Assembly (NCBI GenBank): GCA_030390025.1
Contig: JASTWF010000331.1
Span: forward strand, 372,001 to 436,000
Source of the DNA: Squalus acanthias
Lineage: Eukaryota
DNA length: 64,000 bases
Reading direction: 5' to 3'
Below, piece after piece: positions 12,101-24,059 of this stretch (the stretch's first letter is position 1; every line of letters begins with the position of its first letter). Below the pieces are notes generated by a model. It was not told where the DNA came from and did no database searches. It saw only the letters and a list, made by a program, of their open reading frames with translations. The position numbers and the translations under genes were made by a program.

Positions 12101-15100
12101 GTATGGGTTTCACAGTGTATCAGGATCCTGCCAGGTGTGTATGGGTTTCACAGTGTATCAGGATCCTGCCAGGTGTGTATGGGGTTTCACAGTGTATCAG
12201 GATCCTGCCAGGTGTGTATGGGGTTTCACAGTGTATCAGGATCCTGCCAGGTGTGTATGGGTTTCACAGTGTATCAGGATCCTGCCAGGTGTGTTTGGGG
12301 TTCACAGTGTATCAGGATCCTGCCAGGTGTGTATGGGGTTTCACAGAGTATCCAGATCCTGCCAGGTGTGTATGGGGTTTCACAGTGTATCAGGAACCTG
12401 CCAGGTGTGTATGGGGTTTCACAGTGTATCAGATCCTGCCAGGTGTGTATGGGGTTTCACAGTGTATCAGGATCCTGCCAGGTGTGTATGGGGTTTCACA
12501 GTGTATCAGGATCCTGCCAGGTGTGTATGGGGTTTCACAGTGTATCAGGATCCTGCCAGGTGTGTATGGGGTTTCACAGTGTATCAGGATCCTGCCAGGT
12601 GTGTATGGGGTTTCACAGTGTATCAGGATCCTGCCAGGTGTGTATGGGGTTTCACAGTGTATCAGGATCCTGCCAGGTGTGTATGGGGTTTCACAGTGTA
12701 TCAGGATCCTGCCAGGTGTGTATGGGGTTTCACAGTGTATCAGGATCCTGCCAGGTGTGTATGGGGTTTCACAGTGTATCAGGATCCTGCCAGGTGTGTA
12801 TGGGGTTTCACAGTGTATCAGGATCCTGCCAGGTGTGTATGGGGTTTCACAGTGTATCAGGATCCTGCCAGGTGTGTATGGGGTTTCACAGTGTATCAGG
12901 ATCCTGCCAGGTGTGTATGGGGTTTCACAGTGTATCAGGATCCTGCCAGGTGTGTATGGGGTTTCACAGTGTATCAGGATCCTGCCAGGTGTGTATGGGG
13001 TTTCACAGTGTATCAGGAACCTGCCAGTTGTGTCTGCGGTTACCCAGTGTATCAGGATCCTGCCAGGTGTGTATGGGGTTTCACAGTGTATCAGGAACCT
13101 GCCAGGTGTGTTTGGGGTTTCACAGTGTATCAGGATCCTGCCAGGTGTGTATGGGGTTTCACAGTGTATCAGGTCCTGCCATGTGTGTATGTGGTTTCAC
13201 AGTGTATCAGGATCCTGCCAGGTGTGTATGGGGTTTCACAGTGTATCAGATCCTGCCAGGTGTGTATGGGGTTTCACAGTGTATCATGATCCTGCCAGGT
13301 GTGTATGGTGTTTCAGAATGTATCAGGATCCTGCCAGGTGTGTATGGGTTTTCACAATGTATCAGGATCCTGCCAGGTGAGTTTGGGGTTCCACAGTCTA
13401 TCAGGATCCTGACAGGTGTGTATGGGTTTTCACAATGTATCAGGATCCTGCCAGGTGTGTATGGGTTTTCACAATGTATCAGGATCCTGCCAGGTGAGTT
13501 TGGGGTTACACAGTGTATCGGGATCCTGCCAGGTGTGTATGGGGTTTCAGAATGTATCAGGATCCTGCCAGGTGTGTATGGGTTTTCACAATGTATCAGG
13601 ATCCTGCCAGGTGAGTTTGGGGTTCCACAGTCTATCAGGATCCTGCCAGGTGTGTGTGGGGTTACACAGAGTATCCAGATCCTGCCAGGTGTGTATGGGG
13701 TTTCACAGTGTATCAGGAACCTGCCAGGTGGGTTTGGGGTTAAACAGAGTATCAAGATCCGGCCAGGTGTGTATGGGGTTTCACAGTGTATCAGGATCCT
13801 GCCAGGTGTGTATGGGTTTTCACAATGTATCAGGATCCTGCCAGGTGTGTATGGTGTTTCACAGTAGATCAGGAACCTGCCAGGTGTGTATGGGTTTTCA
13901 TAGTGTTTCAGGATCCTGCCAGGTGAATTTGGTGTTACACAGTGTATCAGGATCCTCCAGGTGTGTATGTGGTTTCACAGTGTATCAGGATCCTGCCAGG
14001 TGTGTATGGGGTTTCACAGTGTATCAGGATCCTGCCAGGTGTGTATGGTGTTTCACAGTAGATCAGGAACCTGCCAGGTGTGTATGGGTTTTCATAGTGT
14101 TTCAGGATCCTGCCAGGTGAATTTGGTGTTACACAGTGTATCAGGATCCTGCCAGGTGTGTATGTGGTTTCACAGTGTATCAGGATCCTGCCAGGTGTGT
14201 ATGGGGTTTCACAGTGTATCAGGATCCTGCCAGGTGTGTATGGGGTTTCACAGTGCATCAGGATCCTGCCAGGTGTGTGTGGTGTTTCACAGTGTATCAG
14301 GATCCAGCAAGGTGTGTATGGGTTTTCAGTGCATCAGGATCCTGTCAGGTGTGCATGGGGTTTCACAGTGTATCAGGATCCTGTCAGGTGTGTAAGGGGT
14401 ATCACAGTGTATCAGGATCCTGCCAGGTGTGTATGGGGTTACACAGTGTATCAGGATCCTGCCAGGTGTGTATGGGGTTTCAGATTCTATCAGGATCCTG
14501 CCAGGTGTGTATGGGGTTTCACATTCTATCAGGATCCTGCCAGGTATGTATGGGGTTTCACAGTGTATCAGGAACCTGCCAGGTGTGTATGGGGTTACCC
14601 AGTGTATCAGGATCCTGCCAGGTGTGTATGGGGTTTCACAGTGTATCAGGAACCTGCCAGGTGTGTTTGGGGTTTCACAGTGTATCAGGATCCTGCCAGG
14701 TGTGTATGGGGTTTCACAGTGTATCAGGTCCTGCCATGTGTGTATGTGGTTTCACAGTGTATCAGGATCCTGCCAGGTGTGTATGGGGTTTCACAGTGTA
14801 TCAGATCCTGCCAGGTGTGTATGGGGTTTCACAGTGTATCATGATCCTGCCAGGTGTGTATGGGGTTTCAGAATGTATCAGGATCCTGCCAGGTGTGTAT
14901 GGGTTTTCACAATGTATCAGGATCCTGCCAGGTGAGTTTGGGGTTCCACAGTCTATCAGGATCCTGCCAGGTGTGTATGGGTTTTCACAATGTATCAGGA
15001 TCCTGCCAGGTGAGTTTGGGGTTCCACAGTCTATCAGGATCCTGCCAGGTGTGTGTGGGGTTACACAGAGTATCCAGATCCTGCCAGGTGGGTTTGGGGT

Positions 15101-18100
15101 TAAACAGAGTATCAAGATCCGGCCAGGTGTGTATGGGGTTTCACAGTGTATCAGGATCCTGCCAGGTGTGTGTGGGGTTTCACAGTGTATCAGGAACCTG
15201 CCAGGTGGGTTTGGGGTTAAACAGAGTATCAAGATCCGGCCAGGTGTGTATGGGGTTTCACAGTGTATCAGGATCCTGCCAGGTGTGTATGGTGTTTCAC
15301 AGTAGATCAGGAACCTGCCAGGTGTGTATGGGTTTTCATAGTGTTTCAGGATCCTGCCAGGTGAATTTGGTGTTACACAGTGTATCAGGATCGTGCCAGG
15401 TGTGTATGTGGTTTCACAGTGTATCAGGATCCTGCCAGGTGTGTATGGGGGTTTCACAGTGTATCAGGATCCTGCCAGGTGTGTATGGGGTTTCACAGTG
15501 CATCAGGATCCTGCCAGGTGTGTGTGGTGTTTCACAGTGTATCAGTATCCAGCAAGGTGTGTATGGGTTTTCAGTGCATCAGGATCCTGTCAGGTGTGCA
15601 TGGGGTTTCACAGTGTGTCAGGATCCTGTCAGGTGTGTAAGGGGTATCACAGTGTATCAGGATCCTGCCAGGTGTGTATGGGGTTACACAGTGTTTCAGG
15701 ATCCTGCCAGGTGAATTTGGTGTTACACAGTGTATCAGGATCCTGCCAGGTGTGTATGTGGTTTCACAGTGTATCAGGATCCTGCCAGGTGTGTATGGGG
15801 GTTTCACAGTGTATCAGGATCCTGCCAGGTGTGTATGGTGTTTCACAGTAGATCAGGAACCTGCCAGGTGTGTATGGGTTTTCATAGTGTTTCAGGATCC
15901 TGCCAGGTGAATTTGGTGTTACACAGTGTATCAGGATCCTGCCAGGTGTGTATGTGGTTTCACAGTGTATCAGGATCCTGCCAGGTGTGTATGGGGGTTT
16001 CACAGTGTATCAGGATCCTGCCAGGTGTGTATGGGGTTTCACAGTGCATCAGGATCCTGCCAGGTGTGTGTGGTGTTTCACAGTGTATCAGGATCCAGCA
16101 AGGTGTGTATGGGTTTTCAGTGCATCAGGATCCTGTCAGGTGTGCATGGGGTTTCACAGTGTATCAGGATCCTCTCAGGTGTGTAAGGGGTATCACAGTG
16201 TATCAGGATCCTGCCAGGTGTGTATGGGGTTACACAGTGTATCAGGATCCTGCCAGGTGTGTATGGGGTTTCAGATTCTATCAGGATCCTGCCAGGTGTG
16301 TATGGGGTTTCACATTCTATCAGGATCCTGCCAGGTATGTATGGGGTTTCACAGTGTATCAGGAACCTGCCAGGTGTGTATGGGGTTACCCAGTGTATCA
16401 GGATCCTGCCAGGTGTGTATGGGGTTTCACAGTGTATCAGGAACCTGCCAGGTGTGTTTGGGGTTTCACAGTGTATCAGGATCCTGCCAGGTGTGTATGG
16501 GGTTTCACAGTGTATCAGGTCCTGCCATGTGTGTATGTGGTTTCACAGTGTATCAGGATCCTGCCAGGTGTGTATGGGGTTTCACAGTGTATCAGGATCC
16601 TGCCAGGTGTGTATGGGGTTTCACAGTGTATCATGATCCTGCCAGGTGTGTATGGGGTTTCAGAATGTATCAGGATCCTGCCAGGTGTGTATGGGTTTTC
16701 ACAATGTATCAGGATCCTGCCAGGTGAGTTTGGGGTTCCACAGTCTATCAGGATCCTGCCAGGTGTGTATCGGTTTTCACAATGTATCAGGATCCTGCCA
16801 GGTGTGTATGGGTTTTCACAATGTATCAGGATCCTGCCAGGTGAGTTTGGGGTTACACAGTGTATCGGGATCCTGCCAGGTGTGTATGGGGTTTCAGAAT
16901 GTATCAGGATCCTGCCAGGTGTGTATGGGTTTTCACAATGTATCAGGATCCTGCCAGGTGAGTTTGGGGTTCCACAGTCTATCAGGATCCTGCCAGGTGT
17001 GTGTGGGGTTACACAGAGTATCCAGATCCTGCCAGGTGGGTTTGGGGTTAAACAGAGTATCAAGATCCGGCCAGGTGTGTATGGGGTTTCACAGTGTATC
17101 AGGATCCTGCCAGGTGTGTGTGGGGTTTCACAGTGTATCAGGATCCTGCCAGGTGTGTATGGGGTTTCACAGTGTATCAGGAACCTGCCAGGTGGGTTTG
17201 GGGTTAAACAGAGTATCAAGATCCGGCCAGGTGTGTATGGGGTTTCACAGTGTATCAGGATCCTGCCAGGTGTGTATGGTGTTTCACAGTAGATCAGGAA
17301 CCTGCCAGGTGTGTATGGGTTTTCATAGTGTTTCAGGATCCTGCCAGGTGAATTTGGTGTTACACAGTGTATCAGGATCCTGCCAGGTGTGTATGTGGTT
17401 GCACAGTGTATCAGGATCCTGCCAGGTGTGTATGGGGGTTTCACAGTGTATCAGGATCCTGCCAGGTGTGTATGGGGTTTCACAGTGCATCAGGATCCTG
17501 CCAGGTGTGTGTGGTGTTTCACAGTGTATCAGTATCCAGCAAGGTGTGTATGGGTTTTCAGTGCATCAGGATCCTGTCAGGTGTGCATGGGGTTTCACAG
17601 TGTGTCAGGATCCTGTCAGGTGTGTAAGGGGTATCACAGTGTATCAGGATCCTGCCAGGTGTGTATGGGGTTACACAGTGTATCAGGATCCTGCCAGGTG
17701 TGTATGGGGTTTCAGATTCTATCAGGATCCTGCCAGGTGTGTATGGGGTTTCACATTCTATCAGGATCCTGCCAGGTATGTATGGGCTTTCACAGTGTAT
17801 CAGGAACCTGCCAGGTGTGTATGGGGTTACCCAGTGTATCAGGATCCTGCCAGGTGTGTATGGGGTTTCACAGTGTATCAGGAACCTGCCAGGTGTGTTT
17901 GGGGTTTCACAGTGTATCAGGATCCTGCCAGGTGTGTATGGGGTTTCACAGTGTATCAGGTCCTGCCATGTGTGTATGTGGTTTCACAGTGTATCAGGAT
18001 CCTGCCAGGTGTGTATGGGGTTTCACAGTGTATCAGATCCTGCCAGGTGTGTATGGGGTTTCACAGTGCAACAGGATCCAACCAGGTGTGTATGGGGCTT

Positions 18101-19063
18101 CACAGTGAATCAGGTTCTAGCCAGTGGTGTATGGGCTTTCACAGTGCATCAGGATCCTGCTAGGTGTGTATGGGGTTTCACAGTGTATCAGGATCCTGCC
18201 AGTTCTGTATGGGGCTTCACAGTGTATCAGGATCCTGCCAGGTGTGTATGGTGTTAAACAATGTATCAGGATCTAGACAGGTGTGTATGGGGTTTCACAG
18301 TGCATCAGGATCCTGCCAGGTGCGTATGGGGTTTCACAGTGTATCAGGATCCTGCCAGGTGTGTATGCGGTTTCACAGTGAATCAGAATCCTGCCAGATG
18401 TGTATGGGGTTTCACAGTGTATCTGGATCCTGCCAAGTCTGTATGGGATTTCACAGTGTATCAGGATCCTGCCAGGTGTGTATGGGGTTTCACAGTGTAT
18501 CAGGATCCTGTCAAGTGTGTTTGGGGTTTCACAGTGTATCAGGATCCTGCCATGTGTGTATGGGGTTTCACAGTGTATCAGGATCCTGTCAAGTGTGTTT
18601 GGGGTTTCACAGTGTATCAGGATCCTGTCAAGTGTGTTTGGGATTTCACAGTGTATCAGGATCCTGCCAGGTGTGTATGGGGTTTCACAGTGTATCAGGA
18701 TCCTGCCAGGTGTGTATGGTGTTTCACAGTGTATCGGATCCTGCCAGGTGTGTGTGGGGTTTCACAGTGTATCAGGATCCTGCCAGGTGTGTATGGGTTT
18801 TCACAGTGTATCAGGATCCTGCCAGGTGTGTATGGGGTTTCACAGTGTGACAGGATCCTGCCAGGTGTGTTTGGGGTTTCACAGTGTATCAGGATCCTGC
18901 CAGGTGTGTGTGGGGTTTCACAGTGTATCAGGATCCTGCCAGGTGTGTATGGGGTTTCACAGTGTATCAGGATCCTGCCAGGTGTGTATGGGGTTTCACA
19001 GTGTATCAGGATCCTGCCAGGTGTGTATGGGGTTTCACAGTGTATCAGGATTCTGCCAGGTGT
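6147..19063. repeat. 39-bp satellite array, right segment
   Basis: Same unit. Near-invariant core at ~7990-13010, with variant higher-order blocks on both sides. Ends abruptly at ...GCCAGGTGT|AGGCAAT. Confidence 0.98.
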
Positions 19064-19322
19064 AGGCAATGTGCAGTTGGATTATCTGGAGCATACAAGA
19101 CCTGCAAATTTACCAATAATTCCAAAATCAGATTTAATTGTATATTGAAATATGCAGAATTTTTTTGTATTAGTCACGATTCCAAATGACGTTTAATGCG
19201 GTTTCCCCAGCCTTTGTACCTCTGACTGCCAGATTCTGACAACCTCTCAACAAACGGCTGCAGTCAAACATTCTGATTCTCAAGTGAAATGAACGCTTTG
19301 AAATCTCCATGTCGTCTCTTAC

Positions 19323-19388
19323 CTTTTAGGTGACTGGGTACTTCGGATAAACCTTGTGCGATGTTCATGTAATCAAATGGAGCAGAAC
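19323..19388 (-). CDS. NLR-family (NLRC3/NLRP-like) gene, coding exon 4 (linker)
   Basis: Acceptor aaacag|GTTCT and donor AAAG|gtaaga. 66 bp, phase 1-1. Reads (G)SAPFDYMNIAQGLSEVPSHLK in frame with the previous exon. Confidence 0.8.
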
Positions 19389-19493
19389 CTGTTTGAATCA
19401 ATGAACTTTCATTAAATCAGATCTGTGTGATATTATAGTAAAATCTGCAGTGTTTGAATCTGTCATTGAATTCAGTGGGTGATTTTACTGTAC

Positions 19494-19665
19494 CATGTTC
19501 CTCTATTTCTTTCAGTATTTTGTCCAGTTTTGGTAACCTGTGCCGCATTTTCACAGAAGATTCCCACATCACCCTTCGGGCCTCAGAGCCTTTCTCCATA
19601 ACCAGATTCAGAAGAAGTTTGGAACTGTCCGCCCGGTTTCCCTTCTCCGCGAGCTCAGTGACTTT
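19494..19665 (-). CDS. NLR-family gene, coding exon 3 (death-fold/CARD-like, C-terminal half)
   Basis: Acceptor tctttacag|AAA and donor CATG|gtacag. 172 bp, phase 0-1. KVTELAEKGNRADSSKLLLNLVMEKGSEARRVMWESSVKMRHRLPKLDKILKEIEEHG, recognised from memory as typical of shark NLR N-termini. Confidence 0.85.
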
Positions 19666-20339
19666 CTGTAAAGAATAATAATGAGTATATTGAGGAGCGG
19701 AGTGAAAGACAAACACTGAGAATGAGAAGGAAAGAATTTGCTCAGTGATGGGATCTCCCAGTTGTTTTGAGCAGAGGAAGCGGTCACTGGGCCGGCTACT
19801 GATCCATTCTGAACAGGGGCTAAATATTCTGTAATCATCTTGATTCACTCATTAACGGCAAATAAATGAGATAAAATATAAATCAGAAATATTGTTCTTG
19901 GAGAGTGAGGAATCTGAGAATCTACAATAGTTTTAACGGGATTAGTTCTCTCTCTCCATCAGTGTCCAACATGCCATCAGATTCCTGATTGACAATATGA
20001 TACACTTGTTTATCACACTTACTTCCTGCTGTCACACTTTGTGATTTATTTAAAATAAAACAGCGCCGAATCAGAACTCCAGTGGCAGGGAAGGGACGAA
20101 TCTGAAGTGAGGGAAGCAGTTAGAAAACTGACTGAGAAATTACACCGAATGATCAAAGCAACCACTGTTGGTATATTGGTCAGCAGAATGGACCAATAAT
20201 AATAATGATGACAAATCCAATCACTCTAATCGCATGCTTCTTCGGCAATTGCAATGACAGACACTCAATTTGTTGCTCAATCGCTGCCGGTATGAAAGCT
20301 CAGTAACCGCGAGCACGAGTCCACCAATGGATAGTCAGG

Positions 20340-21170
20340 ACTTCAATCACCAACTTACATTAATATAGGGCTTTTAAAGTAGAATATGGTCCCAGGGTGT
20401 TTCAGAGAGGTGGAATCAGACAATGAACCCGAGACAAAGCAGGATAAATTAGCAGATGTGGTCAGAAGCTAGAGGAAAGGTAAGGGTTAAGGAGTAGACG
20501 GAGGTGGAGAGGCAGAGGGTTTGATGGAGTGAATTCCTGAGCGTGGGGCCCAAGACAACTGAACGCTCAGCCACCAGTGGTGGTGTGAAGGACTGGGTGC
20601 ACAAGAGGCCAGAGTCAGAGCAACGGAGAATTCCAGTGGCACGGGAGGTTGTAGGGCTGGAGTGGGTAACAGAGATAGGAAGGGTCGTGGTCCTTAAGTT
20701 ATTTAAAGAGAAGCATGGGAATTTTAAAGTTAAGGAATTTGCGGAGCGGGCGCCATGAAAGGTGAGTGAGCACACGAGTGATATGTGAATGACACCTGGG
20801 CAGGTTGCAGGCAGCAGAATTCTGGAGTTGCAGAAGATTAGAGAGCGTGCAAGGAGGGAGGCCGGCCAGGGGAGCATTGGAACAGTCGGGTTTAGAGATG
20901 GGCCGAGGCAGGGGTGGGCAATGTTATGGGGATAGAAGTAGGGGATCATTGTGATGGCGAGTATATGGTGCAGGGAGTCCAGCTTAAGGTTGGATGCAGA
21001 GATTGCGAACAGCCTGGCTTAGACTCCGGCAGTGGCCAGGGAGGGAGATGGACTCAAGCGACGAGGAGATGGAATTTGTGGTGGTGTAGCAGAGGCTGGC
21101 ATCAGTCTTCCCAATGTTTAACTGGAGGAGGGAGTGACGTTCCACACCAAGAGCGCAGGGGCAGGTCATT
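20340..21170 (-). mobile_element. Degraded LINE 3' part (L2-like)
   Basis: Eroded sequence resembling an L2-clade 3' end. No intact ORF and approximate boundaries. Confidence 0.45.
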
Positions 21171-21567
21171 TACCCAGTTGTGTATAGTTTTGGAACCTCA
21201 ATTATAGGAAGGAAATAAAATTCCTTGAAAAACTGCTCAGCAGGTTCACTGGGATGTGGGATTTCTATTATAGAGGGGATTTGAGAATTTAGGACTGATG
21301 CTTCGCGAGTTGAGCGAATTAGGCGAGGAGTTGATGGTGGTCTTCAGTTTCTGAAAGCTTATGATGAAAGAAATGTTTACAGATTGTTTCCACTCATTGG
21401 TCAGAGGGTTTAGTCAAAGTATTACGGGTGAGGGTGGAAACATGTATTACCGTACATGGCGGTTAGAATGTATAATTTATTCCCACAAACTGTTGAGGAA
21501 GCAAGTCGATAAATTGCTTTTAAAGATAATTCGATTGTTTTGGAGAAAAAAGACTGTTGGAGTTCAT

Positions 21568-23530
21568 GTAGTGAGCAGGCGGTTGGGATTAGACTAGGAG
21601 GGTTATTAACAGTATTGGGTGGTGAGCAGGAGGTTGGGATTAGAATAGATGGGATATTAACAGTAATGGGTAGTGAGCAGGAGATTGGGATTAGACTAGG
21701 TGTGTATTTAACAGTAATGGGCAGTGAGCAGGAGGTTGGGATTAGACTAGATGGGATATTAACAGAAATGGGTATTCAGCAGGAGGTCCGGATTAGACTA
21801 GGTGGGATATTAACGGTAATGGGTAGTGAGCAGGAGGTTGGGAGTAGACTAGATGAGATATTAACAGTAATGGGTATTGAGCAGGAGGTTGGAATTAGAC
21901 TAGGTGTGATATTAACAGTAATGGGTAGTGAGCAGGAGGTTCGGATTAGACTAGGTGGGATATTAACGGTAATGGGCAGTGAGCCGGAGGTTGGGATTAG
22001 ACTAGGTGGGATATTAACGGTAATGGGTATTGAGCAGGAGGTTGGGATTAGACTAGGTGGAATATTAACGGTAATGGGCAGTGATCAGGCGGTTGGGATT
22101 AGACTAGGTGGGATATTAACAGTAATGGGCAGTGAGCAGGAGGTATGGATTAGAGTAGGTGGGATATTAACGGAAATGGGTAGTGAGCAGGAGGTTGGGA
22201 TTAGACTAGGTGCGATATTAACGGTAATGGGTAATGAGCAGGAGGTTGGGATTAGACTAGGTGGGATATTAACGGTAATGAGTAGTGAGCAGGAGGTTGG
22301 GATTAGACTAGGTGGGTTATTAACAGTAATGGGCAGTGAGCAGGAGGTTGGGATTAGACTAGGTGGGATATTAACGGTAATGGGCAGTAAGCAGGAGGTT
22401 GAGATTAGACTAGGTGGGATATTAACGGAAATGTGTAGTGAGCAGGAGTTTGGGATTAGACTAGGTGGGATATTAACGGTAATGGGCAGTGATCAGGCGG
22501 TTGGGATTAGACTAGGTGGGATATTAACGGTAATGGACAGTGAGCAGGTGTTTGGGATTAGACTAGGTGGGATATTAACGGTAATGGGCAGTGAGCAGGA
22601 GGTTGGGATTAGACTAGGTGGGATATTAACGGTAATGGGCAGTGAGCAGGAGGTTGGGATTAGACTAGGTGGGATATTAACGTTAATGGGCAGTGAGCAG
22701 GAAGTTGGGATTAGACTAGGTGGGATATTAACGGTAATGGGTAATGAGCAGGAGGTTGGGATTAGACTAGGTGGGATATTAACGATAATGAGAAGTGAGC
22801 AGGAGGTTGGGATTAGACTAGGTGGGTTATTAACAGTAATGGGCAGTGAGCAGGAGGTTGGGATTAGACTAGGTGGGATATTAACGGTAATGGGCAGTGA
22901 GCAGGAGGTTGTGATTAGACTAGATGGGATATTAACGGTAATGGGCAGTGAGCAGGTGATTGGGATTAGACTAGGTGGTATATTAACGGTAATGGGTAGT
23001 GAGCAGGAGGTTGGGTTTAGACTAGGTGGGATATTAACGGTAATGGGTAGTGAGCAGGAGGTTGGGATTAGACTAGGTGTGATATTAACGGTAATGGGTA
23101 GTGAGCAGGAGGTTGGGATTAGACTCGGTGGGATATTATCGGTAATGGGTAGTGAGCAGGAGGTTGGGATTAGACTAGGTGGTATATTAACGGTAATGGG
23201 TAGTGAGCAGGAGGTTGGGATTAGAGTAGGTGGGATATTAACGGTAATGGGTAGTGAGCAGGAGGTTGGGATTAGACTAGGTGGTATATTAACGGCAATG
23301 GGTAGTGAGCAGGAGGTTGGGAGTAGAATACGTGGGATATTAACGGAAACGGGCAGTGAGCAGGAGGTTGGGATTAGACTATGTGGGATATTAACAGTAA
23401 TGGGCAGTTAGCAGTAGGTTGGGATTAGACTAGGTGGGATAATAACGGTAATGGGTAGTGAGCAGGAGGTTGGGATTAGACTAGGTGGGATATTAACGGT
23501 AACGGGTAGTGAGCAGGAGGTTGGTATTAA
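21568..23530. repeat. 51-bp G-rich minisatellite (~38 units), intronic
   Basis: Unit GAGCAGGAGGTTGGGATTAGACTAGGTGGGATATTAACGGTAATGGGTAGT. It explains the 623-aa (EQEVGIRLGGILTVMGS)n ORF. Confidence 0.97.
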
Positions 23531-24059
23531 CCTGGGTGACTCGGAGGAGAAAACAAACAATTGCACTGTATTGTTCGGAGACAGCCTGGTTTTTCCCCAC
23601 ACTGCTTTTTGTGGCTTGTTTCCTTTCTTTGTGTCTCAATATTTCACCATGTGAGCTCTTCTGTTTCTTAATGTCTTTTCTTTAACCCAGAGGGGATTTT
23701 TTTGTTTCAACTGACATTTCCCTGATTTACTATTCAGTAGTTTCCTCGTCACTCAGCTCATTGCCTTCTATCTAATTCCTGTCTGTTGCCTCTGGTCTCT
23801 GCTTTTCCCAATCCCACTAAAACCGTTTCCCTTTGTTTTCAGTCCACACAGGAGTTGTACCAGAACCTTTCCACTGATCTTTGTGAAAATACTGACTGAT
23901 GCTCTGGGTATTTTCACCTCTTCGTATCATTGCTTCAGTTTCACAATATTTGCAGTTGTATCCATTTACTTGATATTTTGCTAATTCCATTCTGTAACAT
24001 TCTCAGATTTTAATATTTGACATTGCAACAATTCTCAGTGTCAGTGAGGAAAGAAAATC

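Noticed and set aside
7979..13867. Multiheme cytochrome or zinc-finger reading of the CQVC repeats
   Set aside because: The motif is CxxCxxxH, not CxxCH or C2H2 spacing, and it comes from a DNA-level tandem repeat.
1..19063. CRISPR array or giant repeat-protein genes (ORFs up to 2100 aa)
   Set aside because: Units are contiguous with no unique spacers, there are no cas genes and the context is vertebrate. The ORFs arise because the 39-nt unit has no stop in those frames.
1..19063. Hammerhead within the satellite minus strand (CTGATAC...GAAAC)
   Set aside because: The core reads CUGAUAC rather than CUGANGA, and no stems I/III can be formed.
21540..23411. 623-aa repeat protein
   Set aside because: 51-bp minisatellite, antisense in an intron, non-ATG ORF start, no sign of synonymous bias.
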